A DNA stretch of 64,000 bases from Bacteroides fragilis (GCA_945889005.1 CAMDBI010000004.1:66349-130348), one strand, 5' to 3'; counted from the first letter of the stretch, positions 1-10,173 are shown. A program made the numbers and translations. The notes: generated from the sequence alone by a model not told the origin.

Positions 1-2112
1 CGTTATGCAATCAATCTCAACGAAAGAGCTCGCTTGGGTAAACTCGATCCGGTTATTGGTCGCGACGAAGAAATTCGAAGGGTTTTGCAAATACTCTCTC
101 GACGAACCAAAAACAATCCAATACTTATTGGCGAACCAGGGGTTGGCAAAACTGCTATTGCCGAAGGTATTGCTCATCGAATTGTGAGTGGCGATGTGCC
201 CGAAAATTTAATGGAAAAAAAAGTGTTTTCGCTCGATATCGGAGCGCTTATTGCCGGTGCAAAATATAAAGGTGAGTTTGAAGAACGATTGAAAGCTGTT
301 GTAAATGAGGTTATTGCATCCAATGGTGAGCTTGTGCTGTTTATTGACGAAATACACACGCTTGTCGGAGCCGGTAAAAGTGAAGGAGCAATGGATGCAG
401 CCAATATATTGAAACCTGCTCTTGCTCGAGGCGATTTAAGAGCAGTTGGTGCAACAACTTTAGACGAATATCAAAAATATTTTGAGAAAGACAAAGCGCT
501 CGAACGTCGTTTTCAGACTGTAATGGTCGACGAACCCGACAAAATCGATGCTGTTTCGATTCTTCGAGGATTAAAGGAACGATACGAAAGCCATCATGGC
601 GTTCGTATTAAAGATGAGGCAATTATAGCAGCAGTTGAACTGTCGCAACGATACATCTCCGATCGGTTTTTGCCCGATAAGGCAATCGACTTGATCGACG
701 AAGCTGCTTCTAAGCTTCGTCTCGAGATCAATTCGGTTCCCCAAGAAATAGACGAAATTGAACGTCGAATCAAACAACTTGAAATCGAACGCGAAGCTAT
801 TAAACGCGAGAACGATGTTGATAAACTTCTATCGATTGCTTCAGAATTTGCAAATCTGGGAGAAGAAAGAAAGAAGTTGCGCGCAAAATGGCAGTCGGAA
901 AAGGAAATAGTCGATCAAATTCAGCGTAACAAAAAATTGATTGAAGAATATAAATTAGAAGCCGACAAAGCTGATAGACAAGGCGACTATGGAAGAGTTG
1001 CCGAGTTACGTTATGGGCGTATTAAAGAGTCGGAACATGAAATTGAAAATCTAAAATCCCGATTGTCGCAGTTGCAGGTCGATTCGGCTCTTATAAAAGA
1101 GGAGATAGATGCCGAAGACATTGCACATATTGTGTCGCGTTGGACCGGAGTGCCTGTTGCCCGTATGCTTCAAAGCGAAAAAGAAAAACTATTATATTTG
1201 GAAGATGAGCTTCATAAACGAGTAGTCGGACAACACGAAGCAATAGAAGCTGTTGCAGATGCTGTGCGACGCAGTAGAGCAGGCTTGCAGGATATGCGTA
1301 AACCAATAGGGTCATTTATTTTCCTTGGTACAACCGGTGTAGGTAAAACCGAACTTGCCAAAGCGCTTGCCGAGTTTCTGTTTGACGATGAGAATATGCT
1401 TACTCGTATCGATATGTCCGAATTTCAGGAACGACATTCGGTTTCGCGCCTTATTGGTGCTCCTCCGGGCTATGTTGGCTACGACGAAGGCGGGCAACTT
1501 ACCGAAGCTGTGCGACGTAAACCTTATTCGGTTATTTTGCTCGACGAAATTGAAAAAGCGCATCCCGATGTGTTCAATATTCTGTTGCAAGTGCTCGACG
1601 ATGGCCGATTGACCGACAACAAAGGTCGGGTGGCAAATTTCAAGAATACCATTATTATTATGACCTCTAATATTGGTTCTCATATTATTCAAGAAAACTT
1701 GGCTGGAATCAATGTTCAGAATCGGGAGCAAAAACTCGAGCGTACACGTCTGGATGTTATGCAATTGCTCAAAGCAACCATTCGTCCCGAGTTTCTCAAT
1801 CGAATAGATGAAATCATCATGTTCTCTCCATTGTCTGAAAATGAAATTAAGGAAGTTGTCCAATTGCAGTTCAATGCTATTAATGCTTTGATTTTCAACT
1901 CCGATTTGCATTTAGAACTTACCCCAAATGCACTGGAGTGGCTTTCTAAGGCCGGTTTCGATTCGCAATATGGCGCTCGACCAGTTAAACGTGTGTTGCA
2001 AAAACACTTAATAAATGAACTTTCTAAAAAACTTCTGTCGGATGAGTTTTCTAAATCCGATAAAATAATTGTCGATAGCTTTGGCGAGGGTTTGGTTTTT
2101 TATAAAAAATAA
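1..2112 (+). CDS. clpB: ClpB-type AAA+ disaggregase, 5'-truncated by the window edge (frame 1 is open from nt 1; the listed ORF 34..2112 only starts at the first in-frame Met)
   Basis: Two AAA+ modules: [10 protein letters not shown] + LFIDEIHT (NBD1) and [15 protein letters not shown] + LLDEIEKAH (NBD2). A long charged coiled-coil M-domain lies between them. nt 1-33 translate to [11 protein letters not shown], continuing the same frame. Confidence 0.95.
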   Translation, partial: RYAINLNERARLGKLDPVIGRDEEIRRVLQILSRRTKNNPILIGEPGVGKTAIAEGIAHRIVSGDVPENLMEKKVFSLDIGALIAGAKYKGEFEERLKAVVNEVIASNGELVLFIDEIHTLVGAGKSEGAMDAANILKPALARGDLRAVGATTLDEYQKYFEKDKALERRFQTVMVDEPDKIDAVSILRGLKERYESHHGVRIKDEAIIAAVELSQRYISDRFLPDKAIDLIDEAASKLRLEINSVPQEIDEIERRIKQLEIEREAIKRENDVDKLLSIASEFANLGEERKKLRAKWQSEKEIVDQIQRNKKLIEEYKLEADKADRQGDYGRVAELRYGRIKESEHEIENLKSRLSQLQVDSALIKEEIDAEDIAHIVSRWTGVPVARMLQSEKEKLLYLEDELHKRVVGQHEAIEAVADAVRRSRAGLQDMRKPIGSFIFLGTTGVGKTELAKALAEFLFDDENMLTRIDMSEFQERHSVSRLIGAPPGYVGYDEGGQLTEAVRRKPYSVILLDEIEKAHPDVFNILLQVLDDGRLTDNKGRVANFKNTIIIMTSNIGSHIIQENLAGINVQNREQKLERTRLDVMQLLKATIRPEFLNRIDEIIMFSPLSENEIKEVVQLQFNAINALIFNSDLHLELTPNALEWLSKAGFDSQYGARPVKRVLQKHLINELSKKLLSDEFSKSDKIIVDSFGEGLVFYKK

Positions 2113-2150
2113 TGAGTTAATGATTTAATATGCAAAGTTGTGTGAAATTG
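2111..2150. repeat. Stop-codon-proximal AT-rich array of degenerate 8-nt units
   Basis: Starts inside the clpB stop codon: AATGAGTT AATGATTT AATATGCA AAGTTGTG TGAAATTG. Same unit family as the arrays at 8975, 15428, 19410, 21800, 23187 and 59625. Confidence 0.5.
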
Positions 2151-2371
2151 GGATTCAGTATCAGATACGAGTTTTCGTTAAATAAATGCTAAATAAGTAA
2201 CCCCGTTAATTTGCAAGCCCCACGAGCCTTCGCTCAAGTCAGAAGCTTCAAAATGTGCAGCAATTATTCAATTCTAAAGTGCTATATATCAACTTTTAAT
2301 GTAATGTTTAACAAATTTAAAATGCTTTAAACGAATTGAATTGATTAAATTTGTTAATTGGATTACTTTAA

Positions 2372-2379
2372 TATCTTTG
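2372..2379 (+). promoter_or_regulatory. Candidate Bacteroidota -7 promoter box (TAnnTTTG)
   Basis: TATCTTTG lies 19 nt upstream of the ATG at 2398. Motif match only. Confidence 0.35.
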
Positions 2380-2397
2380 CATAAAATAATATAATAA

Positions 2398-3276
2398 ATG
2401 GCTTTAACTAATGATAATAAGATACTTGATAAATATCGAAGTTATTCATCGATATTTTCAAGTACTTCTTTTGTTAGATTATTAGATTATGATGATTATT
2501 CCTTTATAAATGCAAAAATTGAACGATACGATTTATCGAGAATTGGAGTAGATATAAATACTTATTATGATTACATAAAATATGTTTATTTTCAATTAAA
2601 GAAGGAATACCTAAACGAGTATATTTATAAAAATACATTTATTAATAGCTTATTGATTGATAAATACGGTATTAAAGATACAGTTGCTATTAATGAATTT
2701 AGAGTAGGCAACTCAATTGCTGATATTGTAATGTTCAATGGAACGAGTAAAGCATTTGAAATTAAAACTGAATTGGATTCAAATAAGAGATTAAGTTCTC
2801 AATTGTCTGATTATTCTAAAATATTCAAAGAATGCTATATTATAACTCATGAATCTTTAACCGAAAAGTATTTAAAAGAAGTTAATCATGTAGGAATAAT
2901 AGAACTTAACGAAACGCCTAATTCGGTAGTAATGCGGGAAGTTCGTAAAGCAAAAGAAAACACAACCATTGACTACAAAACATTAATACGTTCATTAAGA
3001 ACAGCAGAATATAAAAATATAATTGAACGATATTATGGAGTACTTCCAAAAATGAATAGTTTTAATATGTTTGAGATATGTAAAGAAATGATGAAACACA
3101 TTCCATCTGAATCATTACATCAACTTTTCATAGATGAATTAAAGAAGAGAAAATCAAACACATTCATTATAAAAAAGTTTCAAGAAGAATTGAGACAGCT
3201 TTTTTTTGCAATGAATTTAAATGAAAAATCATTTAATGAAATTAACTACAAAATAAACAAACCCATTAATCTATAA
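2398..3276 (+). CDS. PD-(D/E)xK (restriction-endonuclease-like) fold protein, resembling the 'sce7726 family' as I remember it
   Basis: Motif E..(INEFRV)..D(IADIV)..x12..E-I-K (AFEIKTELD) at about nt 2692-2766, preceded by NEYIYKN. First gene of a tight 3-gene operon. Very AT-rich. Confidence 0.5.
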   Translation: MALTNDNKILDKYRSYSSIFSSTSFVRLLDYDDYSFINAKIERYDLSRIGVDINTYYDYIKYVYFQLKKEYLNEYIYKNTFINSLLIDKYGIKDTVAINEFRVGNSIADIVMFNGTSKAFEIKTELDSNKRLSSQLSDYSKIFKECYIITHESLTEKYLKEVNHVGIIELNETPNSVVMREVRKAKENTTIDYKTLIRSLRTAEYKNIIERYYGVLPKMNSFNMFEICKEMMKHIPSESLHQLFIDELKKRKSNTFIIKKFQEELRQLFFAMNLNEKSFNEINYKINKPINL

Positions 3277-3281
3277 TTGCC

Positions 3282-4217
3282 ATGTATTTCCCATACTTGC
3301 GAGGACGTCAGTTCGAACTTATTGCTTTACGTGAATATGCTTTACAGCGAGGAGATAATAATAACATAATTCCAATTATAGAACCTGTTAAGAGTACTTT
3401 CAATAGCATGAAACTAGCATTACCAAAGCTAATTGATGGTAATGTAAAATTTGCTTTAATTCTTAATCCACAAGACGGAGATTTTAAAAAAACAAATGAA
3501 AAGAAAGACATTGTTGATGAGCTAAAAGATGAATTAAAAGATTTGTCAAAGTGGATTCCTGCTTATCGTTTAAATAATAATTATAAAGAAGTTATTTCTC
3601 AAGTAGAAAAATATTCATATGAAAATGTAATGTTAATTTGTACTGAGAGTACCAATACTGACGATATAGACTTTACATCTTTATCTTCGATGGGAAATGT
3701 AAAATATTTTGTTTCAAAAGAGAATCGTACTTTAAAAAGAAAAATTAGAGGAAAGAACTTTATTTTATTAAACGATAATTTTAAAGCTCAAAAAAGGAAT
3801 AGTGATTATTTAGCAATGCCAGAGAGTAAATTTTCAGAAGAACATTTATTTTTTCGTGAAGATGGATATAAAGGATTCTCAGATTATACAACATTGGTGA
3901 GCGATTTTATTGAAGGTGGTGCTGCTCCATACGCTGTTGCTATACACCTTACTTACAAGAAGGAAAACGAGGAAATATGGATTAGGCATTTTGCTTCAAA
4001 TTCAAATGACGACAAATCAAATATACAAGGTAAATTTGCAGAAGCAGCCGAAAAAGCTGTAAAATTTCTTGATTCAAAGAGTATTCATACAATTGCCTCT
4101 GAAGAATTAAGAAGCTATTTCAATAATGGAGATTATCCAGGTTTAGGAATGGTTAAAAAGATTTCAATAAAAAATCATTTCGAGTTAATGAATGATTCAT
4201 TAAAAATTATTGGATAA
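3282..4217 (+). CDS. sce7725-like / phage 'Beta protein'-like family protein (function unknown)
   Basis: The N-terminus MYFPYLRGRQFELIALRE matches the Y-x-P-x-L-[KR]-G-[KR]-x-x-E-L-x-A-L start I associate with that family. Starts 5 nt after the upstream stop. The family call is from memory and untested. Confidence 0.4.
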   Translation: MYFPYLRGRQFELIALREYALQRGDNNNIIPIIEPVKSTFNSMKLALPKLIDGNVKFALILNPQDGDFKKTNEKKDIVDELKDELKDLSKWIPAYRLNNNYKEVISQVEKYSYENVMLICTESTNTDDIDFTSLSSMGNVKYFVSKENRTLKRKIRGKNFILLNDNFKAQKRNSDYLAMPESKFSEEHLFFREDGYKGFSDYTTLVSDFIEGGAAPYAVAIHLTYKKENEEIWIRHFASNSNDDKSNIQGKFAEAAEKAVKFLDSKSIHTIASEELRSYFNNGDYPGLGMVKKISIKNHFELMNDSLKIIG

Positions 4218-4219
4218 TT

Positions 4220-5239
4220 ATGAAAGTATGTGTTCACTGTTTTAATGATATAGAACTAAAGCAATTTATCAAAGTTAATTCAATCGAAAAGGGCAAATGT
4301 GATTATTGCTCAAATAGTTTTGATACTGAGTTATTAGATATAGAAGAATTATTAGATTTCTTTGCAGAATTTATTGGAATATTTAAATCTGACTCTCAAG
4401 GTAAATCATTAATTGAGCTAATACAATCTGATTGGAATCTTTTTTCAGATACAATTGTATGTAATGGTATGCTTGAAGAAATTCTATTTTTTATCGATTC
4501 TACATTAAGTCCTGAGGATAGAGTCAATTATATAGATGATATTTTAGAATCTACATCACACTGGGAAAAGCTAAAAGAAGATATTAAATGGGATAAACGC
4601 TTTTTAACTAATACTGATATCCTTGAAGATTTGGGTTGGGTGAGATTTTTTCAACAGACAGTTCAATGGCCCAATGCAGAATTTTTATTCAGAGCAAGAT
4701 TACACTATAGTGGAAATCAAAAAGAATTTATGATTGAGGATATGGGTTTTCCTGACAAAAGATTAGTCCCTGCTGGTCGTGCAAATCCTCAAGGAATACC
4801 ATATTTATATCTATCTAAGAGTGTTGAAACAGTTTTGTATGAAGTTCGTTCAACTTTCCTAGATGAAGTTAGTGTCGGAAAATTTCATGTTAAAGATGAT
4901 TTGAAAATAGTTTTGGTTGATTTTACTGAAAAAGCAAGTGCGTTTTCAAAAGTTGATGAAATAATAGAATTTACAAAATCAATGCTATTAAAAAGATATA
5001 TCAGTGCTGATTTATCAAAACCAATTCGCCGTTATGATTCAGAGATAGAATATATTCCTACTCAATTTATTTGTGAGTATATTAGATATATTTCAAATGC
5101 AGATGGAATCTTATTTAATAGTTCTTTACATAATGGGGGCAAAAATATTGTCCTTTTTAATCAAGACAAAGTTGATTGTGTAAAAGTTGATTTGTATAGA
5201 GTTTCTCAGGTTAATATTCTTGCTGACCCAATAAAATAA
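4220..5239 (+). CDS. RES-domain protein (putative NAD+-targeting toxin/effector) with an N-terminal 4-Cys zinc-ribbon-like module
   Basis: RES signature GRANPQGIPYLYLSKSVETVLYEV (R...Y..S....E) plus downstream DGILFNSSLHNGGKNIVLF. N-terminal CVHC-x22-CDYC. Starts 2 nt after the upstream stop. Confidence 0.65.
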   Translation: MKVCVHCFNDIELKQFIKVNSIEKGKCDYCSNSFDTELLDIEELLDFFAEFIGIFKSDSQGKSLIELIQSDWNLFSDTIVCNGMLEEILFFIDSTLSPEDRVNYIDDILESTSHWEKLKEDIKWDKRFLTNTDILEDLGWVRFFQQTVQWPNAEFLFRARLHYSGNQKEFMIEDMGFPDKRLVPAGRANPQGIPYLYLSKSVETVLYEVRSTFLDEVSVGKFHVKDDLKIVLVDFTEKASAFSKVDEIIEFTKSMLLKRYISADLSKPIRRYDSEIEYIPTQFICEYIRYISNADGILFNSSLHNGGKNIVLFNQDKVDCVKVDLYRVSQVNILADPIK

Positions 5240-5463
5240 TGCAAGGGGTACTTTATACTTACTTATTTTAGTTTTTGACAACGTGTCATAGTTAATAGCT
5301 GGTTTTTCGGTTTATTCAACTTCTCGTCTCGCTGGTTGTTTTCCTCGTAGGATAGTGTAGATCTTCCGAAGTCCGCTAAATATCATACCTGCAAACGATA
5401 TAAGTAATAAATATTTTTTTATTTGTAATTAGGGACTTCGATATTCAGGTTCATTTTTTATTG

Positions 5464-5471
5464 TACCTTTG
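5464..5471 (+). promoter_or_regulatory. Candidate -7 promoter box (TAnnTTTG)
   Basis: TACCTTTG lies 23 nt upstream of the TTG start at 5494. Confidence 0.3.
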
Positions 5472-5493
5472 GACTTTTTAAAAATATAATACT

Positions 5494-6717
5494 TTGAATT
5501 TTAACGATTTTAATTTAACACCAACCTTATTGGAAGGTTTGGATTCTATGGGATTTAAAAGTCCTACTCCAATTCAGGAACAGGCTATTCCAATTATCAT
5601 GCAAGGCAAAGACCTGATTGCATGTGCACAGACTGGTACTGGCAAAACAGGAGCATATCTTTTGCCTGTTATTCATAGGCTTACAGAAGATCATGTTGGT
5701 CATAATTCCTTCAAATGCCTTATAATTGTTCCAACCCGAGAGCTTGCAATGCAAATCGACCAGCAGGTCGAAGGCTTTGCATATTTTTGCCCTATTAGTT
5801 CGGCTTCGGTTTATGGAGGAGGAGAGGGGCAGCTGTGGGATATGCAAAGAAATGCTCTTAAGGAAGGCGCCGAGATTGTTATTGCTACTCCCGGTCGCAT
5901 GATTTCGCACCTCAATATGGGTTATGTAAAAACTTCGGAAGTCGACTGTTTAATACTCGACGAAGCAGATCGTATGCTCGATATGGGTTTTTACGACGAT
6001 ATTGTTAAAATTATTGACCAAATCCCTAAGAAGCGACAAACCTTATTGTTTTCGGCTACTATGCCAGACAAAATAAGGCAACTGACTCGTAAAATATTGG
6101 TCGATCCGGCGCAAATAAACTTAGCTGTTTCAAAACCTGCCGAAAACCTCTTGCAATCTGTGTGTTTTGTCGAAGATCAAAAGAAAAGTGAAATGATTCT
6201 TGAATTATTTAAGGGTGTCGACATTCACAATGCATTGGTTTTTTCGTCAAAAAAAAGTAATGTAAGTCTCATTGCACGCGAACTCCGTAAGCTTGGACTC
6301 TCTGTTGCTACCATTCATTCCGATATGGAACAGCGCGAACGCGAACAAAGTTTGCTCGATTTCCGAAACAACAAAGCGCAGGTTATGGTCGGAACCGATG
6401 TAATATCTAGGGGCATCGATATTGTGGGTATTTCTATGGTTGTAAATTACGATGTGCCGGGCGATGTCGAAGATTATATTCATCGAATTGGACGAACAGC
6501 TCGTGCCGACAACAAAGGCGAAGCAGTAACTTTTGTAAACCGAAACGATCGTTATCGTTTACGAAAAATCGAACAATTTTTGGGTTACCAAATAAAAAAA
6601 CGCGATATACCCGAACATCTTTTGTCGAAAGAAATTGAGCCGGATATGCCTCACAAGCAACGCCCACATCCTAATAAGTTCAGAAAGTTTGCTAAAAAAA
6701 GATCGGAAAATACATAA
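5494..6717 (+). CDS. DEAD-box ATP-dependent RNA helicase (TTG start as listed)
   Basis: Q-motif (FKSPTPIQEQAIP), motif I AQTGTGKT, motif II DEAD (LILDEADRMLD), SAT, HRIGRTAR. Basic C-terminal tail. Confidence 0.92.
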   Translation: MNFNDFNLTPTLLEGLDSMGFKSPTPIQEQAIPIIMQGKDLIACAQTGTGKTGAYLLPVIHRLTEDHVGHNSFKCLIIVPTRELAMQIDQQVEGFAYFCPISSASVYGGGEGQLWDMQRNALKEGAEIVIATPGRMISHLNMGYVKTSEVDCLILDEADRMLDMGFYDDIVKIIDQIPKKRQTLLFSATMPDKIRQLTRKILVDPAQINLAVSKPAENLLQSVCFVEDQKKSEMILELFKGVDIHNALVFSSKKSNVSLIARELRKLGLSVATIHSDMEQREREQSLLDFRNNKAQVMVGTDVISRGIDIVGISMVVNYDVPGDVEDYIHRIGRTARADNKGEAVTFVNRNDRYRLRKIEQFLGYQIKKRDIPEHLLSKEIEPDMPHKQRPHPNKFRKFAKKRSENT

Positions 6718-6722
6718 AAAAA

Positions 6723-6741
6723 GGGAGGTACGTAACCTCCC
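6723..6741 (+). terminator. Hairpin downstream of the helicase gene
   Basis: GGGAGGT-acgta-ACCTCCC begins 6 nt after the stop. The trailing T-run is weak. Confidence 0.45.
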
Positions 6742-7010
6742 TTAAATACAAATCTTCCTAACTAAACTAACTAACTATTAACTATAAATAAGAGAAAAAC
6801 TTTTTTGTATTATTAAAATTGTAGTACAAAGATACGTTGAGCTTCTGCTTTTTGCAAATAAATTGACTCTTAATCTGTCAGTTAAATAAATGATATTTAT
6901 CATATTATATTGACTCAAAATTTAATATAAGCACGAAGATATGAATATTTATGCTTCATAGCTTTGGTAATTTATTAGTGTAATTCGTGTTAGCAATTCT
7001 CTAAAAACAA

Positions 7011-7018
7011 TAACTTTG
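7011..7018 (+). promoter_or_regulatory. Candidate -7 promoter box (TAnnTTTG)
   Basis: TAACTTTG lies 77 nt upstream of the gpmI ATG. Confidence 0.3.
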
Positions 7019-7094
7019 CAATTTTGTTAATAATTGCAGCTGAGTCGCTTTGATGTTGATTTATAGTGTTATAATAATTTAAGATATAATAAAA

Positions 7095-8663
7095 ATGGTA
7101 AAGAAAAAAGTTTTATTGATGATTCTCGATGGATGGGGAATCGGCGACAAGTCTAAATCGGATGTCATTTATTCAACTCCAACCCCCAATATCGACGCGC
7201 TTACAGAAAGTAATCCTCACTCGCAGCTTTTAACTTCTGGCGAGAGCGTGGGTTTACCCGATGGGCAGATGGGTAATTCCGAAGTGGGCCACCTCAATAT
7301 TGGTGCCGGACGTATCGTATATCAGGATTTGGTGAAAATCAACATTGCTTGTCGCGACAACAGTATTCTCCAAAACGAAGAAGTAGTTAAAGCCTATACT
7401 TATGCCAAGCAAAACGGCAAACAAGTTCATTTGCTTGGGCTTGTATCGGACGGTGGTGTTCACAGTTCGCTCGATCATTTGTTCAAGCTTACCGATATAT
7501 CTAAAGAATATGGTATTTCAAATACCTTTGTTCATTGCTTTATGGATGGTCGCGATACCGACCCCAAGAGCGGGAAAGGTTTTGTTGAGGCTCTCGAAAA
7601 TCATTTGAAAAAATCGACAGGAACAATAGCATCTGTTATTGGCCGTTTCTATGCCATGGATCGCGACAAACGTTGGGAACGTGTAAAAATTGCTTACGAC
7701 CTAATGATTGAAGGCAAAGGAACTCCTGCAACAAATGTTGTTTCGGCTATTCAAGCCTCGTACGATGCTAACCTAACCGACGAGTTCATTAAACCTATCG
7801 TTAAGGTCGATGCTGCCGGAAAACCTGTTGGTACTATTCAAGAAGGCGATGTTGTGATTTTCTTCAACTTTCGCAACGACCGTGCCAAAGAACTTTCAAT
7901 AGTTCTAACACAAAACGAATTGTTAGAAAAAGCTCGTCAGGCAACCGATATGTCGCCCGAGGCTAAAGATGCAATCAATGCCATGAAAACATTGCCATTG
8001 TACTATTGCACCATTACTCCTTACGACGATAAGTTCAAGGGTTTACATATATTATTCGACAAAGACAATGTAACCGAAACATTGGGCGAAGTGTTGTCGA
8101 ACGCTGGTTTAAAACAATTGCGTATTGCCGAAACCGAAAAATATGCCCACGTAACTTTTTTCTTTTCGGGTGGTCGCGAACAGGAATTCCCATTAGAAAA
8201 ACGTATATTGATTCCTTCTCCAAAAGTAGCAACCTACGATATGCAACCCGAAATGAGCGCACCTGCGGTTGCCGAGGCGGTTGTAAATGAAATTAATGGT
8301 AAAACAGTCGATTTCATTGCCCTTAACTTTGCCAATGGCGATATGGTAGGTCATACCGGCATATACGAAGCCATCGAAAAAGCTGTTAAAACAGTCGACG
8401 ATTGTGTGGGTAAGGTTGTTGCTGCTGCTAAAGCCAACGATTATGCAGTAATAATCATTGCCGATCATGGCAATGCCGACTTTGCCGTAAACAACGATGG
8501 TTCTGCAAATACAGCACACTCGACCAATCCTGTTCCATGTGTACTTATCAATAGCGACTACAAAGTCATAAAAAATGGTGTTTTGGCAGATGTGGCTCCA
8601 ACTATTTTAACTATCATGGGCGTTCCTGTTCCTAAAGCTATGACTGGAACAGTGCTTGTTTAG
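7095..8663 (+). CDS. gpmI: 2,3-bisphosphoglycerate-independent phosphoglycerate mutase
   Basis: [24 protein letters not shown] (catalytic Ser region), ADHGNAD. 522 aa, typical iPGM length. Confidence 0.95.
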   Translation: MVKKKVLLMILDGWGIGDKSKSDVIYSTPTPNIDALTESNPHSQLLTSGESVGLPDGQMGNSEVGHLNIGAGRIVYQDLVKINIACRDNSILQNEEVVKAYTYAKQNGKQVHLLGLVSDGGVHSSLDHLFKLTDISKEYGISNTFVHCFMDGRDTDPKSGKGFVEALENHLKKSTGTIASVIGRFYAMDRDKRWERVKIAYDLMIEGKGTPATNVVSAIQASYDANLTDEFIKPIVKVDAAGKPVGTIQEGDVVIFFNFRNDRAKELSIVLTQNELLEKARQATDMSPEAKDAINAMKTLPLYYCTITPYDDKFKGLHILFDKDNVTETLGEVLSNAGLKQLRIAETEKYAHVTFFFSGGREQEFPLEKRILIPSPKVATYDMQPEMSAPAVAEAVVNEINGKTVDFIALNFANGDMVGHTGIYEAIEKAVKTVDDCVGKVVAAAKANDYAVIIIADHGNADFAVNNDGSANTAHSTNPVPCVLINSDYKVIKNGVLADVAPTILTIMGVPVPKAMTGTVLV

Positions 8664-8694
8664 TTCTAAGTTAAATAATTACTACAATAGTTTG

Positions 8695-8906
8695 GTTAAG
8701 TTTTGGCTAAAACCTAATATATAGCATATTTCATGAGGCTGACTTAAAAGACAAGAATAAAAATTAAACGCAAAGACACAAAGGCGCAAAGTAGTATAGA
8801 TCAACATACTTTTTATTTGCGTCTTTGCGACTTCGCGTTTAAAATAAACTTTTGAGACAGCCTCATGAATATAAAGCAACTTTGGGCTTTAGCCCAAAAG
8901 TTTAAC
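8695..8906. repeat. About 210-bp imperfect palindrome (CAAAG-rich arms) between the convergent gpmI and mdh genes
   Basis: Inner arms: TCATGAGGCTG (8731-8741) / CAGCCTCATGA (8858-8868), enclosing ACGCAAAGACACAAAGGCGCAAAG vs TTTGCGTCTTTGCGACTTCGCGT. Outer arms: GGTTAAGTTTTGGCTAAAAC vs GGGCTTTAGCCCAAAAGTTTAAC. The ORF 8682..8879 lies entirely inside it. Confidence 0.7.
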
Positions 8907-8935
8907 TGAGTATTTTTCCTAAAAATATTAATCAT

Positions 8936-8970
8936 AAAAAAAGGCATTCCCAAATCGAGAACGCCTTTTT
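8936..8970 (-). terminator. Rho-independent terminator for mdh (usable in both directions)
   Basis: On the minus strand: AAGGCGUUC-loop-GAAUGCCUU (one G-U pair) followed by a T-run. About 45 nt downstream of the mdh stop. Confidence 0.6.
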
Positions 8971-8974
8971 ATTT

Positions 8975-9010
8975 CATTTTCAAATTTCCACATTGGAAAT
9001 TCTCACATTG
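8975..9010. repeat. Stop-codon-proximal AT-rich 8-nt unit array
   Basis: CATTTTCA AATTTCCA CATTGGAA ATTCTCAC, abutting the mdh stop codon (9013-9015, minus strand). Confidence 0.5.
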
Positions 9011-9012
9011 AA

Positions 9013-9951
9013 TTAAATTACTTTCATTTCGCTCAATACGCTGTTCATGCTGCGTACGGCTTCTGCGCTTTTGTTGAATGTTGCTTGTTCGTCGGCATTG
9101 AGCTTGTAATCAATTATTTTTTCCCATCCGTTTTTGCCAATAACTACAGGTACACCAAGGCAAATGTCTTTTTGACCATATTCGCCATCGAGAGCTACAC
9201 AGCAAGGGAATACTTTCTTTTGGTCGCGCACAATAGACTCAACCAAAGCAGCTCCGGCTGCACCAGGTGCATACCAAGCAGAAGTACCTAATAATTTTGT
9301 AAGAGTAGCTCCTCCAACCATAGTGTCGGCTGCTACTTTGTTTACTGCTTCAGTATCTAACAATGAACTTACAGGTATGCCATTGTAGTTTGCAAAGCGA
9401 GTTAAAGGTATCATGGTTGTATCGCCATGTCCACCAATTACCGTGCCTTCGATATCGCTGGCTGGAGCATTCAAAGCAAGGCTCAAATAGCATTTGAAAC
9501 GTGAGCTATCTAAGATTCCACCCATACCAATTACTTTGTTTTTTGCCATTCCAGTTGCTTTCAATGTAAGGTAAGTCATAGTATCCATAGGGTTACTAAT
9601 AACTACGATAATTGCATTTGGAGAATATTTTAGGATGTTTGCTGCAACTTCTTTTACAATGTTGGCATTGGTTCCGATAAGTTCCTCGCGAGTCATACCT
9701 GGTTTACGAGGAATACCCGAAGTAACTACTACTACATCTGAATTGGCTGTTGCAGCATAGTCGTTAGTAACACCTTTAACACGTGTGTCGAATTCCAAAA
9801 GCGTTGCTGTTTGCATAATGTCCAATGCTTTTCCTTCGGCAAAACCTTCTTTAATATCGAGCAATATTAATTCGCTTGCCAATTCTTTTTGAGCCATTAC
9901 GTTGGCACATGTTGCACCTACATTGCCGGCACCTACTACTGTAATCTTCAT
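9013..9951 (-). CDS. mdh: Malate dehydrogenase (LDH-like family)
   Basis: MKITVVGAGNVGATCA Rossmann start, IGGHGD active-site region, 312 aa. Confidence 0.92.
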   Translation of the reverse strand: MKITVVGAGNVGATCANVMAQKELASELILLDIKEGFAEGKALDIMQTATLLEFDTRVKGVTNDYAATANSDVVVVTSGIPRKPGMTREELIGTNANIVKEVAANILKYSPNAIIVVISNPMDTMTYLTLKATGMAKNKVIGMGGILDSSRFKCYLSLALNAPASDIEGTVIGGHGDTTMIPLTRFANYNGIPVSSLLDTEAVNKVAADTMVGGATLTKLLGTSAWYAPGAAGAALVESIVRDQKKVFPCCVALDGEYGQKDICLGVPVVIGKNGWEKIIDYKLNADEQATFNKSAEAVRSMNSVLSEMKVI

Positions 9952-10173
9952 ATTTTCTGATATTTAAGTTTAAAAAATTACTGTTAAAAAATTCACACAA
10001 GTATACTAAATTTTATTCATGTTTCTATATGATAAGGGGGCTGTTTTTTTGTAAATTTGAACAAACTTTATTTTATTAATGCATAAAGAACAAAGGCGAA
10101 ATGTTTAGGTAAATGCATTAAGACAAATATTAAATTGCTTATAAGCAATACTATATATGTTTTTTAATTTTAC

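Noticed and set aside
1312-1911. 199-aa minus-strand ORF inside clpB. Similar antisense ORFs lie inside recN (15581..16024, 15705..15977), gpmI (8193..8519), the helicase, guaA, fabI and S41 genes.
   Set aside because: They are embedded opposite strongly recognisable conserved genes and have no recognisable motifs. They are typical shadow ORFs.
2113-5493. Searched the island flanks for integrase, tRNA attachment site or obvious direct repeats
   Set aside because: I found none by eye, so I do not call it a mobile element. Its foreign origin rests only on composition and context.
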